Part shown: positions 16,832-26,700 of the stretch, one piece after another | How positions within the stretch are numbered: position 1 is the stretch's first letter | Layout of the letters: the number at the start of each line of letters is the position of its first letter | Source of the DNA: a virus | Virus record (IMG/VR): IMGVR_UViG_3300036790_000408 | Location: 70,437 to 134,436 of that record | Strand: one strand, 5' to 3' | DNA: 64,000 nucleotides | Made by a program: the position numbers and the translations under genes | The notes under the pieces: model-generated | Told to the model about the DNA's origin: nothing | The model's database searches: none | What the model saw: only the letters and a program-made list of their open reading frames with translations

Positions 16832-18258
16832 AACGCCTATTGCTAGCCGGCGCCGCGGTGCTGTCGGCATGGGCCGTGCCGGCTCGCGCTCAAATCCCCG
16901 GACTGGGGAGCATACCAGGCCTTGGGGGGCTGGGTGGCGGCGCCGGTGGGATTACATGTTCCAACTGTTACACCCAGACCAGCGGCACCACCAATGCCGC
17001 GACCGAAATTCTGAAAATGATCGCGCAAATCGAGCAGCTCATTCAGATCTTTACCATGCTGTCAGGCAATACAAGCGTCAACAGTATGGCAACGATCTTG
17101 AACAGCACTGCTGTTTTCAATCAGATGGGCAGCTTTGGGAATGTCCCGCTGATGATCCAGGGCGGCGCTGTAGGGTCGATGGGCGCGAGCTATCTGGCTG
17201 CCAATACAATCTTTATGCCGGGCGCCAGCAATATGCCGTACATGAACACGGTCGCTCTGATCGAGCAGCGCCAAGCGGCCTCCCTGGCTAATGTCCAAGG
17301 TATGGCGACATCGATGCTGGTGACCAGCAACACCATCCTGACCGGCTTGATGCAGCTTCAGGTTCTCATCGACGCTCAACCAAGCAACCAATTGATGGGT
17401 GGCATCAATTCCAGGATGTCAGCCTACAACGGCAACATCCAAACACAGCAGTACCAACTCGTGCAGATGCAGGCCATGGTCAACGCACAGAACCAGGTTT
17501 TCGAGCAGCAGCGGCGGCAAGCTGGGTTTTGTTCCTCGGTCAGTTGGTACAATGACCGGCAGTACTACTATGGAGCCGGACCCACCGTATCAGGCTCCGG
17601 AACCGGTTGCGCCGGGGCCGGTGGCGGCCTGGTGGCGGGTAGCGCTGATTTACCCACGTCGGGCGCTGGCGGCGGCATCGTTTTGGCCAGCGCTGGGACT
17701 GGCGGTATTGGTAGCCTGGGATCACTCGGCACGGTCGGGCTTGCGGGGGGCGCTGGAGCTCTGTCTCTGGGGTCCACCGGCGCCACAAGCTACGTGCAGG
17801 GCGGAACGCCGCTGGCTGGATATGTGACCAACACCCAAGGGCCTCTGGCTGGATACATCTCCCAGCCCGATACGAGCGGCGCTGCCGGAACAACTGCCAA
17901 TGCATCCTCAACGCTCCCAACTCCTCCAACTCCCCCGACCGGCACGGTCGATGCCACCGTATCTGATGGCGGCTGCGTCGAGACGTCAGACGGCAGTGAC
18001 TGCGGCGGTTTGACCATGGATGACACCGCCAACTTCGACCCGACGGCGCCGGTCTCAGCCCTCCCGCCAACCGGGCCCAGCGTCGGCGACGCCGTCACTA
18101 TCCTGCCTGGAGGTGATCCAACCGCCGGGATTTCGACCGACATCACGGTTTTCAATGACCTGCCGATACCAAAGCCAGCAGATATGGCTGGAATGGCCGT
18201 GGTGGCGCTCCTGAAGCCGCGACGAAGAAAGGATGAGCAGTTGAGGATGGCGGCATGA
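16828..18258 (+). CDS. virB5: VirB5-like minor pilin with a long Gly/Ser/Thr/Pro-rich C-terminal extension
   Basis: Signal peptide and a Gln-rich helical region (QIEQLIQ..., LMQLQVLID, INSRMSAY..IQ..QL); position after virB4. Confidence 0.72.
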   Translation: MKRLLLAGAAVLSAWAVPARAQIPGLGSIPGLGGLGGGAGGITCSNCYTQTSGTTNAATEILKMIAQIEQLIQIFTMLSGNTSVNSMATILNSTAVFNQMGSFGNVPLMIQGGAVGSMGASYLAANTIFMPGASNMPYMNTVALIEQRQAASLANVQGMATSMLVTSNTILTGLMQLQVLIDAQPSNQLMGGINSRMSAYNGNIQTQQYQLVQMQAMVNAQNQVFEQQRRQAGFCSSVSWYNDRQYYYGAGPTVSGSGTGCAGAGGGLVAGSADLPTSGAGGGIVLASAGTGGIGSLGSLGTVGLAGGAGALSLGSTGATSYVQGGTPLAGYVTNTQGPLAGYISQPDTSGAAGTTANASSTLPTPPTPPTGTVDATVSDGGCVETSDGSDCGGLTMDDTANFDPTAPVSALPPTGPSVGDAVTILPGGDPTAGISTDITVFNDLPIPKPADMAGMAVVALLKPRRRKDEQLRMAA

Positions 18259-18593
18259 AAATCCTTGTGGCCGCAATGGGGTTGCTGGCCACAACCGCGA
18301 CTTCTGCTGTGGCTGATCCGCCATGGCAAGTTCACCGCGAGCCCGGTCTGATCTGCATGACTATGCCCAACAGAGGCGTCGCCATCCATTCCGTGCCGGC
18401 CCAGACATCAGACGTCATTGGCTATGCCGACTCGACTGTCTTCATGCCACTGCCGCGGCGCGCTGGAAACGGCTTCGTCATGATCGAGCGGCCAGATAGG
18501 GAACCCGGATGGGTGCCGGAGAAGGGCATGCAGCCCAAGCCCAATTGCACCCCGATGCTCATGTCGAACGGCGCCATCAACGAAGGGAACTGA
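18255..18593 (+). CDS. Secreted protein, SH3b-like
   Basis: Signal peptide; IHSVPAQTSDVIG...NGFVMIE...PGWVP resembles bacterial SH3 domains. Confidence 0.55.
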   Translation: MKILVAAMGLLATTATSAVADPPWQVHREPGLICMTMPNRGVAIHSVPAQTSDVIGYADSTVFMPLPRRAGNGFVMIERPDREPGWVPEKGMQPKPNCTPMLMSNGAINEGN

Positions 18594-18595
18594 CC

Positions 18596-19465
18596 GTGGG
18601 TGGCTTCACCTTCTATGAGCAACTCTACAGCGATTACAATTCGGTGCTCACATCCGCGTCGATGGCCGCTGCCAATCAGTTGATCGGCGGCATAGCGCCT
18701 TATCTCCTAGCCGCCTTGGTGCTCGTGGTCATCATCATCGGCGTCATCATGATGCTCGGGAGATTGGACCAATCGACCGGCGTGCTGTGGATCGTTCGCA
18801 CGGTTGCGGTGGCCAATCTTCTGACGTCGGCGATGTACACCCAGTGGGTGATGACCACATTCCTTACAACAATTCCGGGAGCCATATCGTCGCTGATCGG
18901 CGTCACCGGCGTAACCACCCCAGCGGCGACGTTCGATCATCTGCAGGCTGGCGTCGAGAAGATGACTGCAACCCTCGACGCCGCGGCTGAATGGTGGGAT
19001 GTCGGCTCTCAGTTCCGGATCACGGTAGCTTACTACTTCGCCACCGTACCGCTATTTCTCGGCTTCTGGCTAAGCATTATCACTATGGCATTCGTTTCTG
19101 TTGTTGCTCCGCTAGGAGCGGTTCTGCTATTATTCTACCTGTTCAACAACACCAGACACTACGCCGAAAGGTGGATCGGGAAACTGGTATCGTTGATGAT
19201 TTTGCAACTGATAATAGCCATCCTGATGAACATCATCCTGACAGAGTTCGGAGTCTTTGCCGCACGCATGAACGCCGCCGGCAATCTTGGCGACTTGGCT
19301 GAGCGTATCTCTGTCCTATGGGATATGGGCCTCGGCTTCTTCGTTGGGGTTGGCTTCCTCATTGGTGCACCGATCATTGCCGGCTACATCGGCGGCGGGC
19401 AAGTGACTGCCATGGTTGGCATTCCCGCCAGGATGGCCACTCTCGCTCTGGCGAGGCTGAAATGA
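18596..19465 (+). CDS. virB6: VirB6/TrbL polytopic membrane protein
   Basis: Five or more TM segments and LFNNTRHYAERWIG; GTG start at 18596. Confidence 0.88.
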   Translation: MGGFTFYEQLYSDYNSVLTSASMAAANQLIGGIAPYLLAALVLVVIIIGVIMMLGRLDQSTGVLWIVRTVAVANLLTSAMYTQWVMTTFLTTIPGAISSLIGVTGVTTPAATFDHLQAGVEKMTATLDAAAEWWDVGSQFRITVAYYFATVPLFLGFWLSIITMAFVSVVAPLGAVLLLFYLFNNTRHYAERWIGKLVSLMILQLIIAILMNIILTEFGVFAARMNAAGNLGDLAERISVLWDMGLGFFVGVGFLIGAPIIAGYIGGGQVTAMVGIPARMATLALARLK

Positions 19466-19686
19466 TGCATCCGGTGGCTGAATTCTTTCTGCGCGGATTA
19501 TGGAACTTTGCCAGGGCGGTGCTGCTGTTTTGCACCTTCCTGGCCAAGCCGGTCGCGCTCGTGTTCGCCTTGATCGCCCTCAAGGCGGCAACCCATGGTC
19601 AACCGCTTCTGCTCATCGTCTGCATCGTCATCGGAGCCTTACTCTTCGCAGTAAGAGACTGGATCCGGTTCTCTCGCTGGAACTAA
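19462..19686 (+). CDS. Small two-TM membrane protein
   Basis: MMHPVAEFF..., highly hydrophobic, coupled to the virB6 stop. Confidence 0.55.
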   Translation: MMHPVAEFFLRGLWNFARAVLLFCTFLAKPVALVFALIALKAATHGQPLLLIVCIVIGALLFAVRDWIRFSRWN

Positions 19687-19700
19687 AGGAAAGAAACTAC

Positions 19701-19874
19701 ATGTCAACTACAGCAAAAATTTCTATCGCTATGGTCCTCCTGGTGCTCGCCGGATGCAGCGGCGAGACGCCACCACCATCATGCAAGGGGCCGTGGACCA
19801 GCTTTCCGCAGCCAATGCCAAGTATCGACGGGGCGCCGCCAGCGCCCGAACGACAAACCATGGTACAACACTGA
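19701..19874 (+). CDS. virB7: VirB7-like lipoprotein
   Basis: 57 aa, lipobox LAGC, Pro-rich; AAGGA RBS; directly before virB8. Confidence 0.75.
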   Translation: MSTTAKISIAMVLLVLAGCSGETPPPSCKGPWTSFPQPMPSIDGAPPAPERQTMVQH

Positions 19875-20611
19875 TGTGGAACCCGTTCAAACGCACCATC
19901 GTGCTCCCGCAGGCGCAAGCGATCACCAGGACACCGCTGACCCGGCAGGAGCAGCAAGTGCGCACTATGGTCGCGCGGGAAATGAAAAGAAATCTCCGCA
20001 CGCGACAGGGATTACTGCTGGTCTGCGTCGTCTCCATGGCCACGAACACCGCGCTGGCTATCGCCCTGGCCGGCACGGTGCCGCTGATCCGCATCGTGCC
20101 CATGCTGCTGCAAACCAGGAAGGATGGATCGACCCGCGTTGAGCCCGTGATGTCGATGATGTCGGTCGAGGACGCGCAGGATCCGGTCAAGCGCGCAACC
20201 ATGTGGCAGTACGTGGAATGGCGGGAAGGGTTCACCCGCGACACGGCCAAGTTCCGCTTCGACTTCGTCGTGGCGCTCAGCGCCGGCGATGTCGGTGAGG
20301 CTTACTCAAAATGGTATGCCTATACCAACCCAGAAAGCCCGCAGGCAAAGTACTCCAAAAACAACGGCACAGTCACCATCACATACGACACGTCTGATTA
20401 TTCGTCTGATCCGAACATCTTCGTGGTGAACTTCTATCGTGAAGTGCATGTGCCGGGACAATTGCCCTCCAGGTCTCACTGGTCTGCCTCCATCCACTAC
20501 AAGCTGATGCAAGCCATCCCAGCGATCGAACGCGGCACCATCAACCCAAGCGCTCTCAAGGTCACCGACTACGTGCTGACCGAGACGGATGATCCAGGAA
20601 CCAAGTCATGA
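19874..20611 (+). CDS. virB8: VirB8
   Basis: Single TM segment then PLIRIVP, QYVEWREG, NPESP and NPSALKVTDY. Confidence 0.88.
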   Translation: MWNPFKRTIVLPQAQAITRTPLTRQEQQVRTMVAREMKRNLRTRQGLLLVCVVSMATNTALAIALAGTVPLIRIVPMLLQTRKDGSTRVEPVMSMMSVEDAQDPVKRATMWQYVEWREGFTRDTAKFRFDFVVALSAGDVGEAYSKWYAYTNPESPQAKYSKNNGTVTITYDTSDYSSDPNIFVVNFYREVHVPGQLPSRSHWSASIHYKLMQAIPAIERGTINPSALKVTDYVLTETDDPGTKS

Positions 20612-21510
20612 GGAAGCTTCTGCTTGCCGGCGCAGCGCTCGCCGCCCTGTCATCATCTGCCTTAGCGGCCACGGAATGCAAGCCGACCAAGGAAGACAGC
20701 CGGGTATGCACCGTGCCCTACAACCCCAATCAGGTCGTCTCGATCTGGGGCACGGTGCGTTCCGTCGTGGTCGTCGAATTCGGCAAGACCGAACAGATAA
20801 CCCACGTCTCGGCGGGGGATATCGATGCCCTGAAGCCAGAAAACATGGGTAGCAATGTTTTGTCTCTCAGGCCAGTGCCGACAATCACGGTGGCTCAGCA
20901 AATACAGCCAGTCGCCGTAACAACGTCGCTGCCGGACGGCAGTAATCGCCTCTACATGATCGAGTTCAATGAACGTCCAGGCGGCTCCATCCTGCCTGGC
21001 ACCAATGGCGCTCAATTTCTGGTCCGCTTCACCTACCCAGGCGACGTTGCGGCCGCGGCGGCAGAAGCGTGGCGGGTGAAGGAGCGTGCCAAGATCGAGC
21101 ATGAGATGGAGGCCAAGCTCGGCACCATCGGGCGCGGCAGCATATCCGGCCAGAACGGATACGCCTGCGACTATATCTACCAGACCGATCCCAAGCATCA
21201 CCCAGTCTTCGTGCCAACTCGGGTGTGCGATGACGGGCAAAAAACCTACATCCTGTTCCCCGGCAACACGCCGCTTCCGGCTATCAGCGTCGATGGACCG
21301 GACGGTCAACCGATGATCACCGATGGATCGTTTGACAGCATCGGCTCGTACTACGTCATCAACCGGGTGGTGCGGCATATCTATCTGCGCTCAGGCGACC
21401 TCGTGGTGTGCGTCTGGAAACAGAGCGAGCCCAACCCTGCGGGCTTCAATCCAGGGACGAATACCTCAGTGCGCGGCGTCGAACGCACGATCAAGGGATC
21501 GGATCAATGA
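20608..21510 (+). CDS. virB9: VirB9/TrbG
   Basis: Signal peptide, DSRVCTVPYNPNQVV, PTRVCDDGQKTYI and YLRSGD. Confidence 0.88.
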   Translation: MRKLLLAGAALAALSSSALAATECKPTKEDSRVCTVPYNPNQVVSIWGTVRSVVVVEFGKTEQITHVSAGDIDALKPENMGSNVLSLRPVPTITVAQQIQPVAVTTSLPDGSNRLYMIEFNERPGGSILPGTNGAQFLVRFTYPGDVAAAAAEAWRVKERAKIEHEMEAKLGTIGRGSISGQNGYACDYIYQTDPKHHPVFVPTRVCDDGQKTYILFPGNTPLPAISVDGPDGQPMITDGSFDSIGSYYVINRVVRHIYLRSGDLVVCVWKQSEPNPAGFNPGTNTSVRGVERTIKGSDQ

Positions 21511-22550
21511 GCGGGATGCAGGATGATGGTATCGGCGCAGCAAAATCTCCGCCGGGGCCATGGAAGTACATCTTCATCGCCTTTCTGTGCTTCTGCGCCG
21601 TGGCATTTATCTTCTGGCTATTCAAATCCAGCGGTTACCTGCATCAGCACGCCGAGAAGCCAATTCAGTCGACCGACGTCGCTCACGCTGATGCTTACCA
21701 GGGCCCTCCAGACCTTAAGGAAAATGCTGCATTCAGGGCCAGCGTGCCGCCAACGCCAAGGCCGCAGCCGCCACCACCGATCGACGAGTCCTCAGTGTGG
21801 GCTGGCAAGACCGTGTGGAGCCCGCAGGGGCTACAGCAATCACTTCAGCCGCCGGGTGCCACACCACAGGAGAACCCTCAGGCACAAGGCGGCGGCGCCG
21901 GTCAGGGCGATAGCCTGCTGCACGGCACCACCGTCGCCTACAAGATCCCGCACCCGATGTTCACCGTCCCCGAGGGGAAGGTCATATCGTGCAAGCAGAT
22001 CACCAAGCTGAGCACCGCCTCGGGTGGCAATGTTCTGGTCACCGCCATTGTCGACGAGGATGTCTGGGGAATTGGCAATCAGGTTATCCTGATGAACAAG
22101 GGCACCGAGGTCATCGGCGAGGTTGCTCATGGGATGATCAATGGGCTGGATCGCCTGCAGGTGGTCTGGCGGCGCGGACGCACGCCGCCGCCCTACAACA
22201 TCCGCTTCACGCTCGACGCGCCGGCCGCCGGGCCACTTGGCGAGGGCGGGCTGGACGGCGATATCAACCGCCACGAATGGCAGAAAATTAAGGGTGTGTT
22301 GCTGTTTACCCTGCTCGACTGGGGCGGCGCCATCGCTCAGTCGGCCTTGGCCGCGCGCGGCACAACCAGCATCAACCTAGGGAGCACCAATACCCAATCC
22401 ACCGCGGAAGCTGCAGGGACGATCCTGCTACAATCGATGATCAATATTCCCGACACGATCACTCGCAACCAAGGAAAATCCTGCTCGATCTTCATGGCAG
22501 GCGATGTGGATTTCTCCAACGTCTATGGATTGAAGGAAGTAAGAAAATGA
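21507..22550 (+). CDS. virB10: VirB10/TrbI
   Basis: TM segment, Pro-rich linker, then LMNKGTEVIG, RLQVVWRR, GPLGEGGLDGDINRHEW and INIPDTITRNQG. Confidence 0.9.
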   Translation: MSGMQDDGIGAAKSPPGPWKYIFIAFLCFCAVAFIFWLFKSSGYLHQHAEKPIQSTDVAHADAYQGPPDLKENAAFRASVPPTPRPQPPPPIDESSVWAGKTVWSPQGLQQSLQPPGATPQENPQAQGGGAGQGDSLLHGTTVAYKIPHPMFTVPEGKVISCKQITKLSTASGGNVLVTAIVDEDVWGIGNQVILMNKGTEVIGEVAHGMINGLDRLQVVWRRGRTPPPYNIRFTLDAPAAGPLGEGGLDGDINRHEWQKIKGVLLFTLLDWGGAIAQSALAARGTTSINLGSTNTQSTAEAAGTILLQSMINIPDTITRNQGKSCSIFMAGDVDFSNVYGLKEVRK

Positions 22551-22789
22551 GCATGTCAGACAACTATAAGCAGAACCCGACCATCAGTGCCCGTTGGTCC
22601 GACCTTAGGCATGGGCGCATCCACCTCTCGAAGTGGGAGTTGGTGATCGCCTTCGTGCTCACCCTGCTCCTATTCGTGAACCTGTTCTTTAATCAGGGGA
22701 TCGGATCCCTGATCTTCTTCATCATCATGGGAACCGCCACAATGATGGCGTGGAAAACCCGACGTGATGCCCGCAAGGGCACGCAGTGA
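22547..22789 (+). CDS. Small membrane protein between virB10 and virB11
   Basis: 80 aa, two TM segments, coupled to neighbours on both sides. Confidence 0.6.
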   Translation: MSMSDNYKQNPTISARWSDLRHGRIHLSKWELVIAFVLTLLLFVNLFFNQGIGSLIFFIIMGTATMMAWKTRRDARKGTQ

Positions 22790-23835
22790 CCACGGCCACA
22801 CTACAGCTCCAGCATATGTTGGAGCCCTTCTTTCCGTTGCTTGCCGACGGCACAGAAGACATCGCGATCAACCGCCCAAGAGAGGCCTGGGTGCGTCGCT
22901 ACGGCGTCTGGACACCGTTCGACGTACCGGACATGGACTATGACACTCTGCTGGACATGACGATCATGGCGGCGTCGATTTCTCAGCAGGAAACCAACGC
23001 ACGCAACCCGCTCTTGTTCACGGACATCCCGATGGACAAGGGACCAGCATTGCGGCTGATGGCCATTCAACCGCCGGCGGTCGAGGGCGGCCTTATGTCC
23101 TGGACCCTCCGCCAACCTAGCGGCAAAGTCCACCCGATCGAGACGATGACCAAGCGCTACAAGACAGACCGCTGGAACAAGTGGGAGCGCAGGAAGGAGA
23201 ACAAGAACCACGACGCAGCCTTGGCGCTCTACGACGCTGGGGAGTTGACAGCATTTTTGACCCACCTGGTGCAGCAGCGGTACAACATCATCTGCTGCGG
23301 CGCGACCGGCGCCGGCAAGACCGAGGCCGGGAACACGATCCTCTCGGCCATCCCTGATAGCGACCGAATCATCACCATCGAGAACACCAGGGAGTACCGG
23401 CTGAAACAGCCAAACTGCCTGCATCTGCTCTACTCGCAGGGCGGTATGGGCGTCGCCGATGTCTCCCAGGCCGACCTGCAGCGCGCCAGCCTACGGTGCC
23501 GGCCAACCCGCGTGCTGGTACAGGAGATTTTGGACGCCGACGCAGCGGCCACCTACATCATGGAAGTGGTCTCGGGTCACCCTGGCTCGATCACCACCAT
23601 CCACGGCGAGAACCCGTCCCAGGCGTTCAAGCGTCTCTTCGGCATGGTCATGGCATCGGCCGGTGGGGCCGCGCAGCAGGTCGAGAATGTCCTCTCGATG
23701 CTGGAGAGTACGGTGGACTGCATCATCCCATTCCGCAACGACGCCTCGGTGTTCTCGGTCGGTGAGGTATTCTTCGCTCCGGCCGCACGCCGCCGCGGAG
23801 AAATGCTCCGCTCCCTGCTGACGGACGTCGATTGA
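22786..23835 (+). CDS. virB11: VirB11 ATPase
   Basis: EDIAINRP, Walker A GATGAGKT, RIITIEN, LRCRPTR and His box HPGSITTIHG. Confidence 0.93.
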   Translation: MTTATLQLQHMLEPFFPLLADGTEDIAINRPREAWVRRYGVWTPFDVPDMDYDTLLDMTIMAASISQQETNARNPLLFTDIPMDKGPALRLMAIQPPAVEGGLMSWTLRQPSGKVHPIETMTKRYKTDRWNKWERRKENKNHDAALALYDAGELTAFLTHLVQQRYNIICCGATGAGKTEAGNTILSAIPDSDRIITIENTREYRLKQPNCLHLLYSQGGMGVADVSQADLQRASLRCRPTRVLVQEILDADAAATYIMEVVSGHPGSITTIHGENPSQAFKRLFGMVMASAGGAAQQVENVLSMLESTVDCIIPFRNDASVFSVGEVFFAPAARRRGEMLRSLLTDVD

Positions 23836-24233
23836 TCCGCCGGTTGCCGTGGACGCTGCGGGCCACCCTGGTCTTCGCAGCGTGCATCCTGACCTTCGTC
23901 CTATGGACTGGGGCAGCGTCAGTTCTCTTCATCAACCTCATGAAATTCGGGAGATACTATCCGTATGACTATCCGCCGACTTATTGGCAGTGGTGGGCCT
24001 ACTTACTCGACCCAGAGTGGCCTCCCAGCATCAACAAGTGGCTCGCCCTCTCCGGACTCGTGCCGCTATTCCCTCCGGGTGCCTTCCTTGCGCGCCGGCT
24101 ACTTGATCGCCGGTCCGTATCGTATTCTGCCACAGGCCCCCGACCACTCTACGGCGAAAGTCATCCAGCCACTCGATCCGAAATGCAGAGCGGCGGCATC
24201 ATCTGGAAAAAGAAACTACCGGGGCAACGATAA
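23832..24233 (+). CDS. N-terminal membrane-anchor part of the VirD4 coupling protein (separate ORF)
   Basis: Two TM segments and LYGESHPATRSEMQSGGI, which corresponds to the VirD4/TraG LHGSARWA..EI..AGL motif. Confidence 0.7.
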   Translation: MIRRLPWTLRATLVFAACILTFVLWTGAASVLFINLMKFGRYYPYDYPPTYWQWWAYLLDPEWPPSINKWLALSGLVPLFPPGAFLARRLLDRRSVSYSATGPRPLYGESHPATRSEMQSGGIIWKKKLPGQR

Positions 24234-25669
24234 TGTGGGCTGGCGATGTCATCATCGGGCGCGACGAAAACAGCGAATACGGCACCCTGCCTGGGCACGA
24301 GCACGTCGCCCTCTACGCCAAGACCCGGAGCGGGAAGACCACCAGCAGCGTCATCCCGAACGCTTTCAATTTCCCCGGCTCCATGGTCGTGCTCGATGTG
24401 CGGCGCGAAATTTTCGCGGCCACAGCCGGCCATAGAGCCTTCAACATGGGGCAGGAGGTCTACCTTCTTGATCCGGCATCACCGAACGGTCGGTCTCACC
24501 GGTGGAACCCGCTCGACATTGTCGACCGTACGTCGGTGGAGAGGTTTGACCAGATATCCCGTATCGCCCTGATGATGTTCCCAGATCACACCGGCTCCAG
24601 CGGCACCACGAACACCGATAAGTTCTGGGATCCGGCCGGGCGCTCCGCGTACACGGCGGTTGCCGCACTGATCGCCGAGACACCCGAGTGGCAACTGAAC
24701 CACGCTATGATCCTTCGGATGTTCTCCGGCGCCGGGTTGGATATGGTCATCGAGGCGGTCAATGCCCGCCGGGCCCAGAGCGCCAAACCACCCTACAGCC
24801 AGAATGTGATCGACGGTCTGTCCGGGTACATGTCAGGCGACACTCAGCTTGTGGACGGCATCCGAAAGACTGTGGAGGTCAAGCTTCAGGCATGGTTCAA
24901 CCACAAGATTGCTGCGGCGACATCAGGCAGCGACTTCGACCTGCGCGACCTGCGCCGACGCCCCATGACCGTCTATGTCGGCATCTCCCCCGGCAATATG
25001 GCGCGCTGGAGGAGCTACCTCGCCCTCTTTTTCGAACAACTCGTCAACCTGAATACCGACGTCACTCCGCAGGAAGATCCGACTCTCCAAATCCCCCTAC
25101 TGGTGATGATGGATGAGTTCGCCCGGCTAGGCCGGATGCAGACCATCGCCGAGGCCGCCCAGTACGCCGCCGGTTATGGGGTTCGGTTCTTCTACGTGAT
25201 CCAGAACAAGCGACAGTTGGAAGCGATCTATGGCGACGCCGCCAGCGCTGACATCTTCGACAACACCGGGGCTGAGATCGTTTTCGGCACCAATGACCTG
25301 AAAACCACTGAGGAAGTCAGCCGGCGCTTTGGTGACGACACGGTCAATATCCGCACCCAAAACAGACCTAGGTATTTCTCCTGGGCCAACTGGAAAAAGC
25401 AAACCGAGGCTGAGCACCCCCACCGCCGCCCCTATCTGCTACCACAGGAGGTCGCCCGACTGCCGCGGAACAAGCAAATCGTCCTGCGCGCCGGCATGCA
25501 GGGGTCCATCACCGACCGCATTCCATGGTTCGAGGATCCGGCCATGCGCCGCCTCAAGCTTGATCCGCCCCAGATCCCGATCCTGGATTGGAAGATCGAT
25601 CCGGACGATGGGAAAACTAAGCTGATCAAACCAAAACCAAGAGACGCCCAGACCGAGACCAAAGGATAG
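24233..25669 (+). CDS. virD4: VirD4/TraG type IV coupling protein, ATPase part
   Basis: HVALYAKTRSGKTTSSVIPN, VVLDVRRE, HRWNPLD, DKFWD, DFDLRDLRR and Walker B MMDEFARLG. No TM segments in this ORF. Confidence 0.9.
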   Translation: MWAGDVIIGRDENSEYGTLPGHEHVALYAKTRSGKTTSSVIPNAFNFPGSMVVLDVRREIFAATAGHRAFNMGQEVYLLDPASPNGRSHRWNPLDIVDRTSVERFDQISRIALMMFPDHTGSSGTTNTDKFWDPAGRSAYTAVAALIAETPEWQLNHAMILRMFSGAGLDMVIEAVNARRAQSAKPPYSQNVIDGLSGYMSGDTQLVDGIRKTVEVKLQAWFNHKIAAATSGSDFDLRDLRRRPMTVYVGISPGNMARWRSYLALFFEQLVNLNTDVTPQEDPTLQIPLLVMMDEFARLGRMQTIAEAAQYAAGYGVRFFYVIQNKRQLEAIYGDAASADIFDNTGAEIVFGTNDLKTTEEVSRRFGDDTVNIRTQNRPRYFSWANWKKQTEAEHPHRRPYLLPQEVARLPRNKQIVLRAGMQGSITDRIPWFEDPAMRRLKLDPPQIPILDWKIDPDDGKTKLIKPKPRDAQTETKG

Positions 25670-25702
25670 TCAGACTCGGAAGCGTCTCGATATCATCGGC
25701 GG

Positions 25703-26101
25703 ATGGACCGGAAGCTTTGCTCCTGCGGACGGGTAAAATACGGCATTGGGCGGCTCTGCGCCTTGTGCCAGCAGCAGAAGCGCAGCCTCAAGGTCAAGCC
25801 CACCAGGAAGCCCCGCAAGGGCAGTAACCCAAAGCATTTAGAGTGGATCAGAACCCTCCCCTGCATCGTCGATGGGTGCAGAGGAGGCGGTGATCCGGCG
25901 CATGTGCGGATGCCTGGAACGGGTGGTGGGATGAAACTCAAACCACCCGATGTCTGGACCGTCCCATTATGTCGAGAGCATCACCGAGAGCAACACGACA
26001 TCGGGCACCCCGCCTTCGAGAGGAAATACTGCATCGACTTCCGGCGCTCAGCCATGGAGTTGGCGGCCCTGTCACCATACCAAGGGGAAGAGATCGCGTG
26101 A
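25703..26101 (+). CDS. DUF968-like HNH-type nuclease (phage)
   Basis: WIRTLPCIVDGC..DPAHVR...GMKLKPPD..TVPLCREHHREQH. Confidence 0.75.
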   Translation: MDRKLCSCGRVKYGIGRLCALCQQQKRSLKVKPTRKPRKGSNPKHLEWIRTLPCIVDGCRGGGDPAHVRMPGTGGGMKLKPPDVWTVPLCREHHREQHDIGHPAFERKYCIDFRRSAMELAALSPYQGEEIA

Positions 26102-26700
26102 ATTACATGGATCAGGATATGGGCGGCGAAGGCATGCACCCACACCGGCATAATCCAGGTGGGAAATCCAAACCGGCCTGGGATAAACGGTCCATCGTCT
26201 CCGCGGTATTCTCCGACTGCGACCGCTACCGCTACGAGTTGATCGAAACGTGGGATCCGCGCGGCCCCAAGGTGATGTTCCTGATGATGAACCCATCGGT
26301 GGCAGGACTAGAGCACTCCGACCCAACGCTCGTTCGTACCGGGAACTATGCTCGCAAGTGGGGCTATGGGTGTCAGATGGTCGGCAATGTCCACGCCTAT
26401 CGCGTCACTGATAGCAAGGAGCTATTGAAGGTCGCTGACCCGATAGGACCGGCCAACGATATTGCTATTCTGCGCATGGCGGGGGAGTGCTCCGAGATCA
26501 TCCTCGGGTACGGCATGCCGCCCGGTCAACCGAGACAGGTGGCAATCGCGAGACAACAATCTAAAAGAATTATTGAAGTTCTCAGGAACGCTGGAGCGAA
26601 CATAAAGTATCTGGCATTATGTAAAGACGGAATAACACCAAGACATCCGCTGTATCTCAAGGGGGATCTACTCCCTCAACCCTACCTTGTGGAGGCATGA
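26098..26700 (+). CDS. DUF1643 family protein
   Basis: AVFSDCDRYRYEL, FLMMNPS, DPT, GNVHAYRVT and PRHPLY. Confidence 0.8.
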   Translation: MNYMDQDMGGEGMHPHRHNPGGKSKPAWDKRSIVSAVFSDCDRYRYELIETWDPRGPKVMFLMMNPSVAGLEHSDPTLVRTGNYARKWGYGCQMVGNVHAYRVTDSKELLKVADPIGPANDIAILRMAGECSEIILGYGMPPGQPRQVAIARQQSKRIIEVLRNAGANIKYLALCKDGITPRHPLYLKGDLLPQPYLVEA

